Source: Bacteriovoracaceae bacterium (GTDB lineage Bacteria; Bdellovibrionota; Bacteriovoracia; Bacteriovoracales; Bacteriovoracaceae). Taken from it: DNA of 64,000 nt. The notes beneath the pieces are model-generated. The model saw only the letters and a program-made list of their open reading frames with translations. It did not search any database and was not told the origin of the DNA. Position 1 is the stretch's first letter; each line of letters begins with the position of its first letter. Position numbers and translations under genes: made by a program. Positions 8,909 to 18,137 of the stretch are shown piece after piece. The stretch covers positions 992,001-1,056,000 of the forward strand of contig JBLWTJ010000001.1 of NCBI GenBank assembly GCA_048270185.1. The letters run 5' to 3'.

Positions 8909-10249
8909 GTGACAATATTAAAAGATAGTCTCGTAAAGAAATATAATATCCCAGTACCACGCTACACAAGCTTTCCTGCTGTTCCCTTTTGGACAGGAGC
9001 ACCATCTCAAGAACAATGGTTTGAGCATATTAAAGAAGCCTATAATGAAGAGCAAGGAGTAGAACTCTACATTCATGTGCCTTTTTGTGAAAAGCTTTGT
9101 TACTACTGTGGCTGTCACCGAGTTATCTCAAGAAATAAAGACCGTGGTGTCGAGTATGTCGATTATCTGCTAAAAGAGTGGGATATTTACCTACAAAACC
9201 AAACACAGCTAAATATTTCTTCAGTTCATCTTGGAGGGGGAACACCAAATTTTTTAAATAAAGAAGCCTTCACAAAATTATTTAGAAAATTAAAGGAATC
9301 ATTTCGTGATAGCGACTTTAAAGGTTCAATTGAAATTGATCCTAGAACTTGTACTAAAGATCAACTTGATATGTACAAAGATTTTGGAATCACACGCCTA
9401 TCAATGGGAATCCAAGATTTCGATAATAAAGTGCAAACGGCAATTGGGCGAGTTCAGCCTTATGAAAAAGTAAAAGATCTCGTGGACTATTGTCGTGAAA
9501 TTGGAATCGATGATATTAACTTTGATTTAATCTACGGACTACCACACCAAACAACTGAATCGATTGATGCAACAATATCAAAAGTTATAGCACTTAATCC
9601 ACAACAAGTTGCTTTCTATAGCTATGCTCACTTACCAAGTAAAATTAAAAATCAAAAACTGATTCCAGAAGAGGCCCTGCCACAAGGAGCCAAAAAACGT
9701 TCACTATATGAAGATGGAAAGAAACTTCTCGAAATGAATCACTATAAAGAGATTGGACTTGATCACTTTGCCAAAGAGGACTCACAACTCTATCAAGCTA
9801 AACTTGCAGGGAAGCTTAGAAGAAATTTTATGGGCCACACTCATAAGAATTCTTCAATGATTGTGGGCCTTGGTTGTTCATCAATTTCTTCTTCAACAAT
9901 TAGTTTTGCGCAAAATGAAAAAGACGTGAAAAAATATTATCAAATGATCGATCAAGGAAAGCTTGCCATCTCTTCAGGACACATTCATACAAAAGAAGAT
10001 CTTGCTGTTGAAAGCCTTCTTCAGTCCTTTTTTGCGACAGATAGTATTTCAAAAGGCCAATGGGACTCGCTCAAAAATAAGGATTTCATCGAAGAACGTC
10101 TGCACGAGTTACAAGAAGATGGCCTAATTTCAGGTCGAGATAAATTAGTCGTTACAGGGCAAGGGCGACCTTTTATGCGCAATATTGCTAGCGTCTTCGA
10201 TCACCACCTTACAATGAAGAAACAAAATGCCGGCTCTCGTTCACTATAA
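8909..10249 (+). CDS. hemN: Oxygen-independent coproporphyrinogen III oxidase (radical SAM)
   Basis: PRYTSFP, YIHVPFCEKLCYYCGC, GGGTP, SMGIQDF, RRNFMG. Confidence 0.95.
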   Translation: MTILKDSLVKKYNIPVPRYTSFPAVPFWTGAPSQEQWFEHIKEAYNEEQGVELYIHVPFCEKLCYYCGCHRVISRNKDRGVEYVDYLLKEWDIYLQNQTQLNISSVHLGGGTPNFLNKEAFTKLFRKLKESFRDSDFKGSIEIDPRTCTKDQLDMYKDFGITRLSMGIQDFDNKVQTAIGRVQPYEKVKDLVDYCREIGIDDINFDLIYGLPHQTTESIDATISKVIALNPQQVAFYSYAHLPSKIKNQKLIPEEALPQGAKKRSLYEDGKKLLEMNHYKEIGLDHFAKEDSQLYQAKLAGKLRRNFMGHTHKNSSMIVGLGCSSISSSTISFAQNEKDVKKYYQMIDQGKLAISSGHIHTKEDLAVESLLQSFFATDSISKGQWDSLKNKDFIEERLHELQEDGLISGRDKLVVTGQGRPFMRNIASVFDHHLTMKKQNAGSRSL

Positions 10250-10265
10250 CGAGAGCACTATAATT

Positions 10266-10829
10266 TTAGATCTTGAAGATTTCTTTTATTTCTTCATCAG
10301 GCTTTAACTGACCGGCGCGGTAATCCATAATCTTCTTACGTTTCTCATTATAGTAGTAATGAAGATGGATTAGGACTCCAAACTTATCATCCATCTCCAT
10401 TTTTGAGATGATAAAACCTGCTTTTAACTTTGGAATGATAACGGAGTTATTTGTAGCGCAGTGGCGAGAATAAACTAACTGAAAGCCTTCCGCTTCAAGA
10501 ATCGCTAAGCACTTATCAAGCATGGCCCCATAGACACCATGACGACGATACTCAGGTAGAACGGCAGAGTTGCACATATAATAAGTTGTACTATTTTCTT
10601 GGAATCCCCAACTCCATCCGATGAAGTTATTGTCCTTATCAAATACAGCTAAGCAGAGTTTATATGGTTCTCCCATATTCTGACCTAGACGTTTAACATT
10701 ATCGAGTTCTTCTTTAGACAAGACATCCCAAAGAGGAAAGCTATGATCTTCTTGAAAAACCTCGACTCGATGCTCTTGGTATAATTTATCAAATTCTTTC
10801 GGTCCTAAAACCCTGACTTCATATTCCAT
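10266..10829 (-). CDS. GNAT N-acetyltransferase
   Basis: AVLPEYRRHGVY acetyl-CoA motif; N...K.GF. Confidence 0.85.
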   Translation of the reverse strand: MEYEVRVLGPKEFDKLYQEHRVEVFQEDHSFPLWDVLSKEELDNVKRLGQNMGEPYKLCLAVFDKDNNFIGWSWGFQENSTTYYMCNSAVLPEYRRHGVYGAMLDKCLAILEAEGFQLVYSRHCATNNSVIIPKLKAGFIISKMEMDDKFGVLIHLHYYYNEKRKKIMDYRAGQLKPDEEIKEIFKI

Positions 10830-10884
10830 AATAGGTTTATGATATAATCAATTCATAGAAAAGCAATATAAGACTTTTGGTAAA

Positions 10885-10910
10885 GAGGGAGATCGAGAAA
10901 AATCCCCCTC
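10885..10910 (-). terminator. Hairpin downstream of ompW
   Basis: Minus strand reads gagggggat-ttttctcg-atctccctc followed by ttt. Confidence 0.55.
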
Positions 10911-10925
10911 CAGAGAGTGTTCAAA

Positions 10926-11519
10926 TTAGAATCTAAAACCGATACCTACACCAACAAGAAGTGGGTCAATATCAACCTCAGCATTAACAATTGTTCCACT
11001 ATTATTTACGACTGCGTCTGTTTGAAGAAATAATTTTTTAACGTCAAAGTTAAGGTAGAGATTTTCTGCTACTTTAACATCTGTCCCGATTTGTAGAGCA
11101 TATCCAAATGAATCATCATACTTAGTTGAAGTCATATCACCTGGAACTTCACCGTAGAAGATTGTGTAGTTAAGACCTGCACCAACATAAGGTTTAAACT
11201 TACCAAACTCCATGTGGTATTGAGCAAGTAGTGTTGGAGGTAGAAGAGAAACACTACCAAGACTTCCTGTACCATTTAGATTTACATCATGAGTTGCAGT
11301 TGCAAGGATTAACTCAAGTGCGAAGTTTTTAGTAAAAAAGTAAGAGAAGTCGACCTCAGGGACTGATTCATTATTAATAGCGACATTACCGCCGATGCTA
11401 TCGCTTACATCAGGACTTACACCTAAGGCCCTTACACGAACCATGGCATTGTCTTGTGCGAATGAGTATGAGTTAAAAAGTAAAAAGAATAAAATTGAAA
11501 TAATCGATGTTTTTTTCAT
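10926..11519 (-). CDS. ompW: Outer membrane protein OmpW
   Basis: LPPTLLAQYH, PYVGAGLNYT, DIDP, terminal F. ATG at 11519 with AAGGAG SD. Confidence 0.93.
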   Translation of the reverse strand: MKKTSIISILFFLLFNSYSFAQDNAMVRVRALGVSPDVSDSIGGNVAINNESVPEVDFSYFFTKNFALELILATATHDVNLNGTGSLGSVSLLPPTLLAQYHMEFGKFKPYVGAGLNYTIFYGEVPGDMTSTKYDDSFGYALQIGTDVKVAENLYLNFDVKKLFLQTDAVVNNSGTIVNAEVDIDPLLVGVGIGFRF

Positions 11520-11574
11520 AAAAACTCCTTTAATAATTCGATGACTTAAAATTATCAAAGGAGTTTATGAAAAA
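11512..11574 (-). promoter_or_regulatory. Long inverted repeat sequestering the ompW SD and AUG
   Basis: mRNA arms UUUUUCAUAAACUCCUUUGAUAAUU / AAUUAUUAAAGGAGUUUUUAUGAAAAA give 25 bp with one G.U pair and a 2-nt bulge. Confidence 0.75.
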
Positions 11575-11576
11575 TT

Positions 11577-11590
11577 ATGAGTAATATCAG
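11577..11590 (-). promoter_or_regulatory. FNR-like box upstream of ompW
   Basis: Minus strand CTGAT-ATTA-CTCAT, centred about 40 nt upstream of a TSS predicted from GATAAT at 11551-11556. Confidence 0.4.
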
Positions 11591-11605
11591 TAAGGATAAA
11601 ATAAA

Positions 11606-12061
11606 TTAAAAAAAGAATCCCCACTCTTTCATGAATTCTTTATCGCTCTTATCAAAGATTGGCCAAAACCCTTGAGACCCTAAGTGCTCGCCTGTTTCAT
11701 AGTCAATCGTATGATTCATCCAACCAGTTGGTTCAGGGCCAACAAAACGACGTAGTACTATTCTTCCATCAACAATATAGTCTGAGCGATGATATGTTAC
11801 TGTGAAAATTGAGCCATCTGCTTTTCTTCTAAAGAAGCGAATTACTTCGCGATCACTAAGGTCTTCTCCAAGCTTCCACATAAGAGTTGTTTCACCAAAG
11901 TCCTTCGCTTTATACCAACCACCGACAAGGTAATCATGTTCCATATCAGAAACCATTGAACGAAACTCCTGATATTCCTTCATTAATGTCTTAGCATCTG
12001 GATGGTTATAACCAAGAACAAGACAAGGTAGCATTGCTAACATTAAAATAATTGATTTCAT
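11606..12061 (-). CDS. Secreted hypothetical protein
   Basis: MKSIILMLAMLPCLVLG signal; GGAG SD before ATG at 12061. Confidence 0.75.
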   Translation of the reverse strand: MKSIILMLAMLPCLVLGYNHPDAKTLMKEYQEFRSMVSDMEHDYLVGGWYKAKDFGETTLMWKLGEDLSDREVIRFFRRKADGSIFTVTYHRSDYIVDGRIVLRRFVGPEPTGWMNHTIDYETGEHLGSQGFWPIFDKSDKEFMKEWGFFF

Positions 12062-12237
12062 TTTTATCTCCATTTTGTGTGAATGTGTGTTTGCGCAATA
12101 AAAATGCATAATTTCGCGAACTCTGTCTAGTTAAGAAATATTGAACTCATAATTTCAAGCACTTAGACTGGTGGTAATTCTTATAGGAGATCATTTCATC
12201 AAGGCCATTTTCTTGAAATTTGTGGTACTTATCCCCT

Positions 12238-14412
12238 ATGCAAGTAAACGTTAGATACCTCGACAATTTGAAAATCGAAGCCAGCTTCGACGACTTTAAA
12301 ATCATCTCAGATCAGCCTGTTCGCTACAAAGGTGACGGTACGGCCCCTGGCCCTTATGACTATTTCCTAGCATCTTCGGCCATGTGCGCGGCCTACTTTG
12401 CAAAGGTCTATTGTAATAGTCGTGATATTCCAACTGATGATATTCGCATCAGTCAGCAAAATATTGTGGACCCAGATAATCGCTATAAGCAATCCTTTGT
12501 CATACATGCAGAACTTCCTGCTTCGATTTCTGAAAAAGATAAGAAAGGTATTCTTGCTTCGATGGAGCGCTGTACAGTTAAGCGTGTTATTCAAAATGAA
12601 ATTGATTTTAAAATTGAAGCAAAAGAAGTTTTAGGAAATGACGTTAAACTTGAATATGAAGTCGAAAATACTAAAACCATGATTGCAGGTAAAGATTGTT
12701 CCCTTGAAGAGACAATCGAAAATATGACAGAGCTTCTTGCAGGTCTTGGAATTAAAATTGAAATCGCTTCTTGGCGTAACCAAGTCCCTCACGTTTGGTC
12801 TGTCCATATTAGAGATGCCGACTCGCCAATGTGCTTTACAAATGGAAAAGGTGCCACAAAAGATGCAGCACTAGCTTCGGCCCTTGGTGAATACCTTGAG
12901 CGTATCAGCACAAATTACTTCTATAGTGATTACTATCTTGGAGAAGAGATCGCTAACGCAGATTTCGTTCACTACCCTAATGAAAAATGGTTTGAGATTC
13001 CAGAGGATGATTCTCTTCCAGAAGGCCTTATGGATGAAACTCTGATTTCTGCCTACGACAATGATGGAGAGCTTGGAGCTTCAAATCTTGTCGATACAAA
13101 TTCGGGAAATTTTGATCGCGGTGTTTGCGCTCTTCCTTATGAAAGACAATCAGATGGTGAAACGGTTTATATTCCAGTTAACTTGATTGCCAACCTCTTT
13201 GTTAGTAACGGCATGAGTGCAGGAAACACAAAGTATGAAGCACGTGTTCAATGTCTTTCGGAAATCTTTGAGCGAGCAGTAAAGAACCAAATCATCACAG
13301 AAGAAATCACTCTGCCAGATGTTCCAAAGACTGTTCTTGAAAAATATCCAACCATTATGGAAGGAATTAATAAGCTTGAAGAAGCAGGATTTCCTATCGT
13401 TGTAAAAGATGCTTCTCTTGGCGGAAAGTTTCCAGTTATGTGTGTAACGCTGATGAACCCTAGAAATGGCGGTGTTTTTGCATCTTTTGGAGCACACCCA
13501 CGTTTTGAAGTGGCATTAGAGAGATCTCTTACAGAACTTCTACAAGGACGAAGTTTTGAGGGAATGAATGATACTTTTCCACCAACATTTAATGAATTCG
13601 CAATTCGAGAACACAATAATATCGTTGATCATTTTATAGATTCAACGGGAGTAATCTCTTGGCGATTCTTTGGGGCAAAACCACAATATGAATTTAACGA
13701 GTGGAATTTCTCAGGAACGACAGAAGAAGAATACAACTACCTCATGGGTATTTTAAATGAACTTGAAAAAGAAGTTTATATAGCTGATTATAATGAATTA
13801 GGAGCTGCCGCTTGCCGTATTCTGGTTCCTAATTATTCTGAAATCTATCGTCCAGAGGATCTAGTTTGGGATAATCACAATCAGGCCCTTGATTACCGTG
13901 AGGCCATTTTAAATCTCCACGCACTCGACAATGAAGACCTAGAAGAACTTGTGGGACAACTTGAAGAGAGCTCTCTTGATAATTATATGCCTGTATCTGA
14001 ACTCATTGGCGTAGCCTTTGACGAAAGTACAGTTTGGGGGCAATTAGTTATTGGAGAACTTAAGGCCCTTACCTACCTAGCACTTAAACAATTTGAAGAG
14101 GCCAAAGAGCTAGTTGAGATGCTTGGAACATTTAATGATAATACTATTGAGAGACGCCGCTTCTACCAGGTATTAAATATCGCCCTTGATATTGAATTAG
14201 GAGATGATCTTGAAATGGCCGACTATATTGAGAGCTTAACTCGTATGTACGGAGTAGAATTACTTGAGCGTGTGACAAAGACATTAAGTGGAGAAAATCG
14301 CTTTGATGGCCTAACACCAACGAGTTCAAATCTTGAGGGAATTGATAAGCACCTAAAGTTAATTGAAAGTTACAAAAAACTACAATTGGCACGTCACAAC
14401 TTTCTTAAATAA
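12238..14412 (+). CDS. ycaO: OsmC-domain/YcaO-domain fusion protein
   Basis: N-terminal DQP..GDGTAPGPYDYFLASSAMC...RCTV (OsmC). NGKG, ALGEYLER, SNGMSAGN, EIFER, ALERSLTELLQGR (YcaO). Confidence 0.92.
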   Translation: MQVNVRYLDNLKIEASFDDFKIISDQPVRYKGDGTAPGPYDYFLASSAMCAAYFAKVYCNSRDIPTDDIRISQQNIVDPDNRYKQSFVIHAELPASISEKDKKGILASMERCTVKRVIQNEIDFKIEAKEVLGNDVKLEYEVENTKTMIAGKDCSLEETIENMTELLAGLGIKIEIASWRNQVPHVWSVHIRDADSPMCFTNGKGATKDAALASALGEYLERISTNYFYSDYYLGEEIANADFVHYPNEKWFEIPEDDSLPEGLMDETLISAYDNDGELGASNLVDTNSGNFDRGVCALPYERQSDGETVYIPVNLIANLFVSNGMSAGNTKYEARVQCLSEIFERAVKNQIITEEITLPDVPKTVLEKYPTIMEGINKLEEAGFPIVVKDASLGGKFPVMCVTLMNPRNGGVFASFGAHPRFEVALERSLTELLQGRSFEGMNDTFPPTFNEFAIREHNNIVDHFIDSTGVISWRFFGAKPQYEFNEWNFSGTTEEEYNYLMGILNELEKEVYIADYNELGAAACRILVPNYSEIYRPEDLVWDNHNQALDYREAILNLHALDNEDLEELVGQLEESSLDNYMPVSELIGVAFDESTVWGQLVIGELKALTYLALKQFEEAKELVEMLGTFNDNTIERRRFYQVLNIALDIELGDDLEMADYIESLTRMYGVELLERVTKTLSGENRFDGLTPTSSNLEGIDKHLKLIESYKKLQLARHNFLK

Positions 14413-14421
14413 ATCTTTATG

Positions 14422-14455
14422 GTAACCTCTATAGGAATAATCTTATGGAGGTTAC
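14422..14455 (+). promoter_or_regulatory. 15-bp hairpin sequestering the gpx SD; extended -10 in its 5' arm
   Basis: GUAACCUCUAUAGGA-AUAA-UCUUAUGGAGGUUAC (2 G.U pairs). TGgTAACCT at 14420-14428. Confidence 0.75.
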
Positions 14456-14459
14456 AAAT

Positions 14460-15002
14460 ATGACAAATCTATTAGAAATTAAATTCAAAGACGGCAAAGG
14501 CCTTGATAAAACAATCAAAGACTTCGATGCCAAAGCATACCTAATTGTAAACGTTGCTTCAAAATGTGGCCTAACACCTCAGTATGAGGCCCTACAATCT
14601 CTCTACAAAGAGTACCAACCTCAAGGCCTAGAGATTCTTGCCTTCCCTGCTAATGAATTTCTTGCACAAGAGCCAGGTTCAAATGATGAGATCCAACAAT
14701 TCTGCTCTCTTGAGTACAACGTTACTTTTCCAGTAAATGAAAAGATTGTTGTTAAAGGTGAAGGACAACATCCTCTTTATAAGACACTGACAGAAACAAA
14801 GAAAGAGGCCACAAGAAATGAGAAGCCAGACTTTGAACAATTACTAATCAAGAACGATCTGATCACAGGCGAAGATCATGATATTCATTGGAATTTTGAA
14901 AAATTTCTTGTGAATAGTAATGGTGAAATTATCGAGAGGTTCTTCCCAGATATTGCACCAAATGATGAAAAGATTGTTTCTAAACTAAAAGAGCTACTTT
15001 AA
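14460..15002 (+). CDS. gpx: Glutathione peroxidase (Cys type)
   Basis: VNVASKCGLTPQY, AFPANEF..QEPG, WNFEKFL. GGAGG SD favours ATG at 14460. Confidence 0.95.
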   Translation: MTNLLEIKFKDGKGLDKTIKDFDAKAYLIVNVASKCGLTPQYEALQSLYKEYQPQGLEILAFPANEFLAQEPGSNDEIQQFCSLEYNVTFPVNEKIVVKGEGQHPLYKTLTETKKEATRNEKPDFEQLLIKNDLITGEDHDIHWNFEKFLVNSNGEIIERFFPDIAPNDEKIVSKLKELL

Positions 15003-15004
15003 TA

Positions 15005-15030
15005 AAAGAGATGGCCTAGGCCATCTCTTT
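15005..15030. terminator. Bidirectional intrinsic terminator
   Basis: Perfect palindrome aaagagatggcc-ta-ggccatctcttt between convergent genes. Confidence 0.85.
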
Positions 15031-15037
15031 ATATCTT

Positions 15038-15874
15038 CTATCTATTAAAAATATTTCTTAGACGGTCAAAGAATCCACCTGAGCTATCTCTAGCATCTTG
15101 GATTGTTTCAGTAATTTCATTCGTACATTCTCTAATTAAATCAGATGAATTAATTGTTGAAAGTTTCATTTTATTAATGAAGCATTGCTCTTCTTCTGCA
15201 GAGTCAACGAATGATAATGCTCTCACCATATTTACCGTCGGTGCTTCAAAAGCTCTCGCTCCCTCTCCTTCACCATTGTAGAATCTCATAGCATTGATTG
15301 CGTGCTCATTTTCAAATTTTGCACATTGCTCAATTGCATAAACTTTAATTGAATTATATCGACCTAGGATTTCAACACATTCAAATTGAACTTCGTTTTG
15401 AATCTTATTACAATTTGAAATAATTTCATCACTTAAGTTATATTTAGAATCAAGGTGATCAACACAAGCAGTGCTTGCAGCTTTCGTTCCAAGCTTTAAT
15501 CTTAAACCCTCTTTTGATTTAATTCCTGTAAATTCATTACACATAACATCTGATTCAATTTCACATTTTACAATATTCTTCTTTGAATCAATGACACTAC
15601 AATCAACAATATCGTGATTAATAACATCATCAAGACGACCTTCCGTACAAATCTCAGCGACTTTTTCATTTACTAATTCTTTTGCTTTCTTAATTGCCGA
15701 TAGCCTTGCTTTTACTTCTGGAAGGATAAGAACCTTACTACTGTCTTCAACCGTTGTTGAAAATTTAATTCGTTGCTCACCACCATAGAATGAAGTTGCT
15801 TCAATAACGTCGATGGTAGAAGTTGCAGCCATTGTGTTGGCAGCTAAAACTAGTAGTAATAATGATTTTTTCAT
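15038..15874 (-). CDS. Secreted Cys-rich hypothetical protein
   Basis: Signal peptide, many regularly spaced Cys, GAGG SD. Confidence 0.75.
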   Translation of the reverse strand: MKKSLLLLVLAANTMAATSTIDVIEATSFYGGEQRIKFSTTVEDSSKVLILPEVKARLSAIKKAKELVNEKVAEICTEGRLDDVINHDIVDCSVIDSKKNIVKCEIESDVMCNEFTGIKSKEGLRLKLGTKAASTACVDHLDSKYNLSDEIISNCNKIQNEVQFECVEILGRYNSIKVYAIEQCAKFENEHAINAMRFYNGEGEGARAFEAPTVNMVRALSFVDSAEEEQCFINKMKLSTINSSDLIRECTNEITETIQDARDSSGGFFDRLRNIFNR

Positions 15875-16007
15875 GTGGGTCCTCTTTCTTTAAGTGTGTT
15901 TGCTAAAGTATGCCAAACAATAGTCCCACTTTCTTTTATTTAGAAAAATCTACAGATGGTGTTATAATTTAGACATCTGCTAACTATATGAATTTACGAG
16001 GTTTATC

Positions 16008-16319
16008 ATGAAGAAATTAGTATTTTTCGTCCCTAAAGAAGATGCTGAAGCCGTGAAAGATGCTATCTTTGAAGCGGGAGCAGGAACAATTGGTAATTAT
16101 GACTGCTGTTGCTTTGAAACAGAAGGCGTTGGCCAGTTTAGGCCACTAGATGGTTCTAATCCCCATATTGGTTATCAAGATGAAGTTGAAAGAGTTGTGG
16201 AGCTTAAGATTGAAACAATCTGTCCTGATCATAAAGTAAAAGAAGTGATTGCGGTCTTAAAGCAAGCTCATCCATACGAGGAACCTGCCATTGACCTTTA
16301 TGAGTTAGTTAACTTTTAG
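16008..16319 (+). CDS. Stand-alone PII-like domain of the NIF3/YqfO family
   Basis: KLVFFVP, AGAGTIGNYD.C.F, GQFRP, HPYEEPA. Confidence 0.9.
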   Translation: MKKLVFFVPKEDAEAVKDAIFEAGAGTIGNYDCCCFETEGVGQFRPLDGSNPHIGYQDEVERVVELKIETICPDHKVKEVIAVLKQAHPYEEPAIDLYELVNF

Positions 16320-16328
16320 ACTTTTTAA

Positions 16329-17279
16329 TTAGCGCTCAACACATGTGTGTCTAACGATTTCACTTAGACCATCACCTGATTCAACTTCAGTTGTATAAAT
16401 CAGCTCGTCTTCAGTCTTTCCATAAGTGATGGCCTCTTGCTGATAGAGATCCTTAGTTCTAAAAATTTTCATGTCTTTCTTCTCATTGATTTTTCTAAGA
16501 TCAAATTTATCAATCCCATCAAAATCAATTTTTAACTCCATCACGGCCGAATAAGTTAAGATAAGTAGCTTCTTTCCATCTTTGCTAATATCCATTGCAG
16601 TTGGGATTCTTCCCCATAGATTGAAATTATAAAGTTGGTATGGAAGATCAATTGTTGCGACTTCCACTAAGTTTACCTGGTGCTCGCCTTTTGCCATGGC
16701 ATCAGCAATTTTCTTCTTATCAACTTTAAAAAGTTTTGCTGGCATTGCACGACGATTCTCTTCATCGACTGTTTTTGTTAAAAGGTAGATATCACCATTT
16801 GGGTGAACAACTAAGCTTTCAGAATTATACTTACGATCAGGATAATTCATTTTTAACTTAAAAAGTGGATTCACTTCTTTTGTATCTTCCGTAATATCAG
16901 CTTCTTTAATTGCAATAACTGATAAGTACTTTCTCTTTTCTTTATTATCACCAATATCTGCGATGAAGAGACAACTATCATTTCCACATGGGCCTAGGGC
17001 CAGGTCTTCCATGTCATAAGGTTTGTAATTATTAACTTTATACTTCTGAAGAGATTTTCCCGTCATTGTTGTCGTATAGAAGAATGGCCCAGAACCAGAG
17101 TCATTAATATTATACATGCGGTCGCTAAATTTTTGAGAAAGAGCAATTCCTGAAGATTCATTTAAGACACTTGTATCAAGAGTTCCAATCACCTGTGGTT
17201 CTGACCACTTTTGACAAAGGGCAAATGAAGAGCAAGATGTAAAAAGAGTAAGTGATAGAACTGATAGTAGACGAAGCAT
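16329..17279 (-). CDS. Exported beta-propeller protein, probable lipoprotein
   Basis: ESSGIA, NDSG, DMEDLA, ADIGDN, QQEAI blade motifs; FTSC lipobox-like sequence. Confidence 0.7.
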   Translation of the reverse strand: MLRLLSVLSLTLFTSCSSFALCQKWSEPQVIGTLDTSVLNESSGIALSQKFSDRMYNINDSGSGPFFYTTTMTGKSLQKYKVNNYKPYDMEDLALGPCGNDSCLFIADIGDNKEKRKYLSVIAIKEADITEDTKEVNPLFKLKMNYPDRKYNSESLVVHPNGDIYLLTKTVDEENRRAMPAKLFKVDKKKIADAMAKGEHQVNLVEVATIDLPYQLYNFNLWGRIPTAMDISKDGKKLLILTYSAVMELKIDFDGIDKFDLRKINEKKDMKIFRTKDLYQQEAITYGKTEDELIYTTEVESGDGLSEIVRHTCVER

Positions 17280-17355
17280 GAATCCCCCAAAATGTTGCTG
17301 GACTATTAAATCACTGGTCGTTTAGTATGACAATATAAACGCCTTGGAGAATGTC

Positions 17356-18135
17356 ATGCTCGACTTTAGCAAGAAACCTATAATTCCAGTAATTTACCTA
17401 CGCCCACTACTTGGCTACCCGAGTCATCCAGGGATCAATCAGGTCATTGACATGGCCCTTGAAGATCTTGAAGTTCTAAGAAAGTGTGGTGTTGACGGTG
17501 CCTTACTCGAAAATGAGCACGACAGGCCTTATACAATTAAGGCCTCCAAAGAAGTCATTGCGTCCATGAGTGTAGTGGCCCACGCTATCCAAAGACACGC
17601 AGGTACTTTTCCAATCGGTAGTGAGTTCTTAATTAATGACCCTGAGGCTTCCCTTGCCATTGCTAAGGCCGGCGGAAATTCATTTATACGTACCGACTAT
17701 TTTGTCGATCGCATGGCCCGCGAAGAATATGGCGGAGAAATGGAAATTGATCCTCAAGGCTTACTCGACTATCGTGCGAAAATTGGTGCAGAAGATATTC
17801 AGCTTCTCACAGATATTCAGGTTAAGTATGCAACCATGTTAGAAGATAAAACGCTTGCTCAGTCAGCGGCCGATGCTTATCGATTTAATAGTGCCGCGGC
17901 CGTGGTCTCTTCACATGAAACAGGAACTGCTCCAAGTGCAAAAGAAATTCTAAGCGCACGAGAAGGGGCACCTAAACTTCCTATTATCATTGGCTCAGGA
18001 CTATCTCTTGAAAACCTTGATGAACTCTATCCTCTCATCGATGGTGCCATTGTTGGTAGTGCATTGATGACGCAGACAAGAATGGACTACGAAAAGGTTG
18101 CACCATTTATGGATAAGGTCTTTAGGCTTAGATAA
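17356..18135 (+). CDS. BtpA/SgcQ family TIM-barrel protein
   Basis: GVDGALLENEHDRPY, DIQVKYA, IIGSG, DGAIVGS. ATG at 17356 after GGAG. Confidence 0.88.
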   Translation: MLDFSKKPIIPVIYLRPLLGYPSHPGINQVIDMALEDLEVLRKCGVDGALLENEHDRPYTIKASKEVIASMSVVAHAIQRHAGTFPIGSEFLINDPEASLAIAKAGGNSFIRTDYFVDRMAREEYGGEMEIDPQGLLDYRAKIGAEDIQLLTDIQVKYATMLEDKTLAQSAADAYRFNSAAAVVSSHETGTAPSAKEILSAREGAPKLPIIIGSGLSLENLDELYPLIDGAIVGSALMTQTRMDYEKVAPFMDKVFRLR

Positions 18136-18137
18136 AT

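Noticed and set aside
12238..14412. YcaO as a RiPP biosynthetic cluster
   Set aside because: No precursor peptide, E1-like partner, dehydrogenase, TfuA or transporter nearby, and no Pro-rich C-terminus.
14460..15002. Selenocysteine in glutathione peroxidase
   Set aside because: The active-site codon is TGT (Cys); no in-frame TGA.
15901..15916. sigma54 promoter TTGGCA...TAGCA upstream of 15874
   Set aside because: GG-to-GC spacing is 9 nt rather than the required 10.
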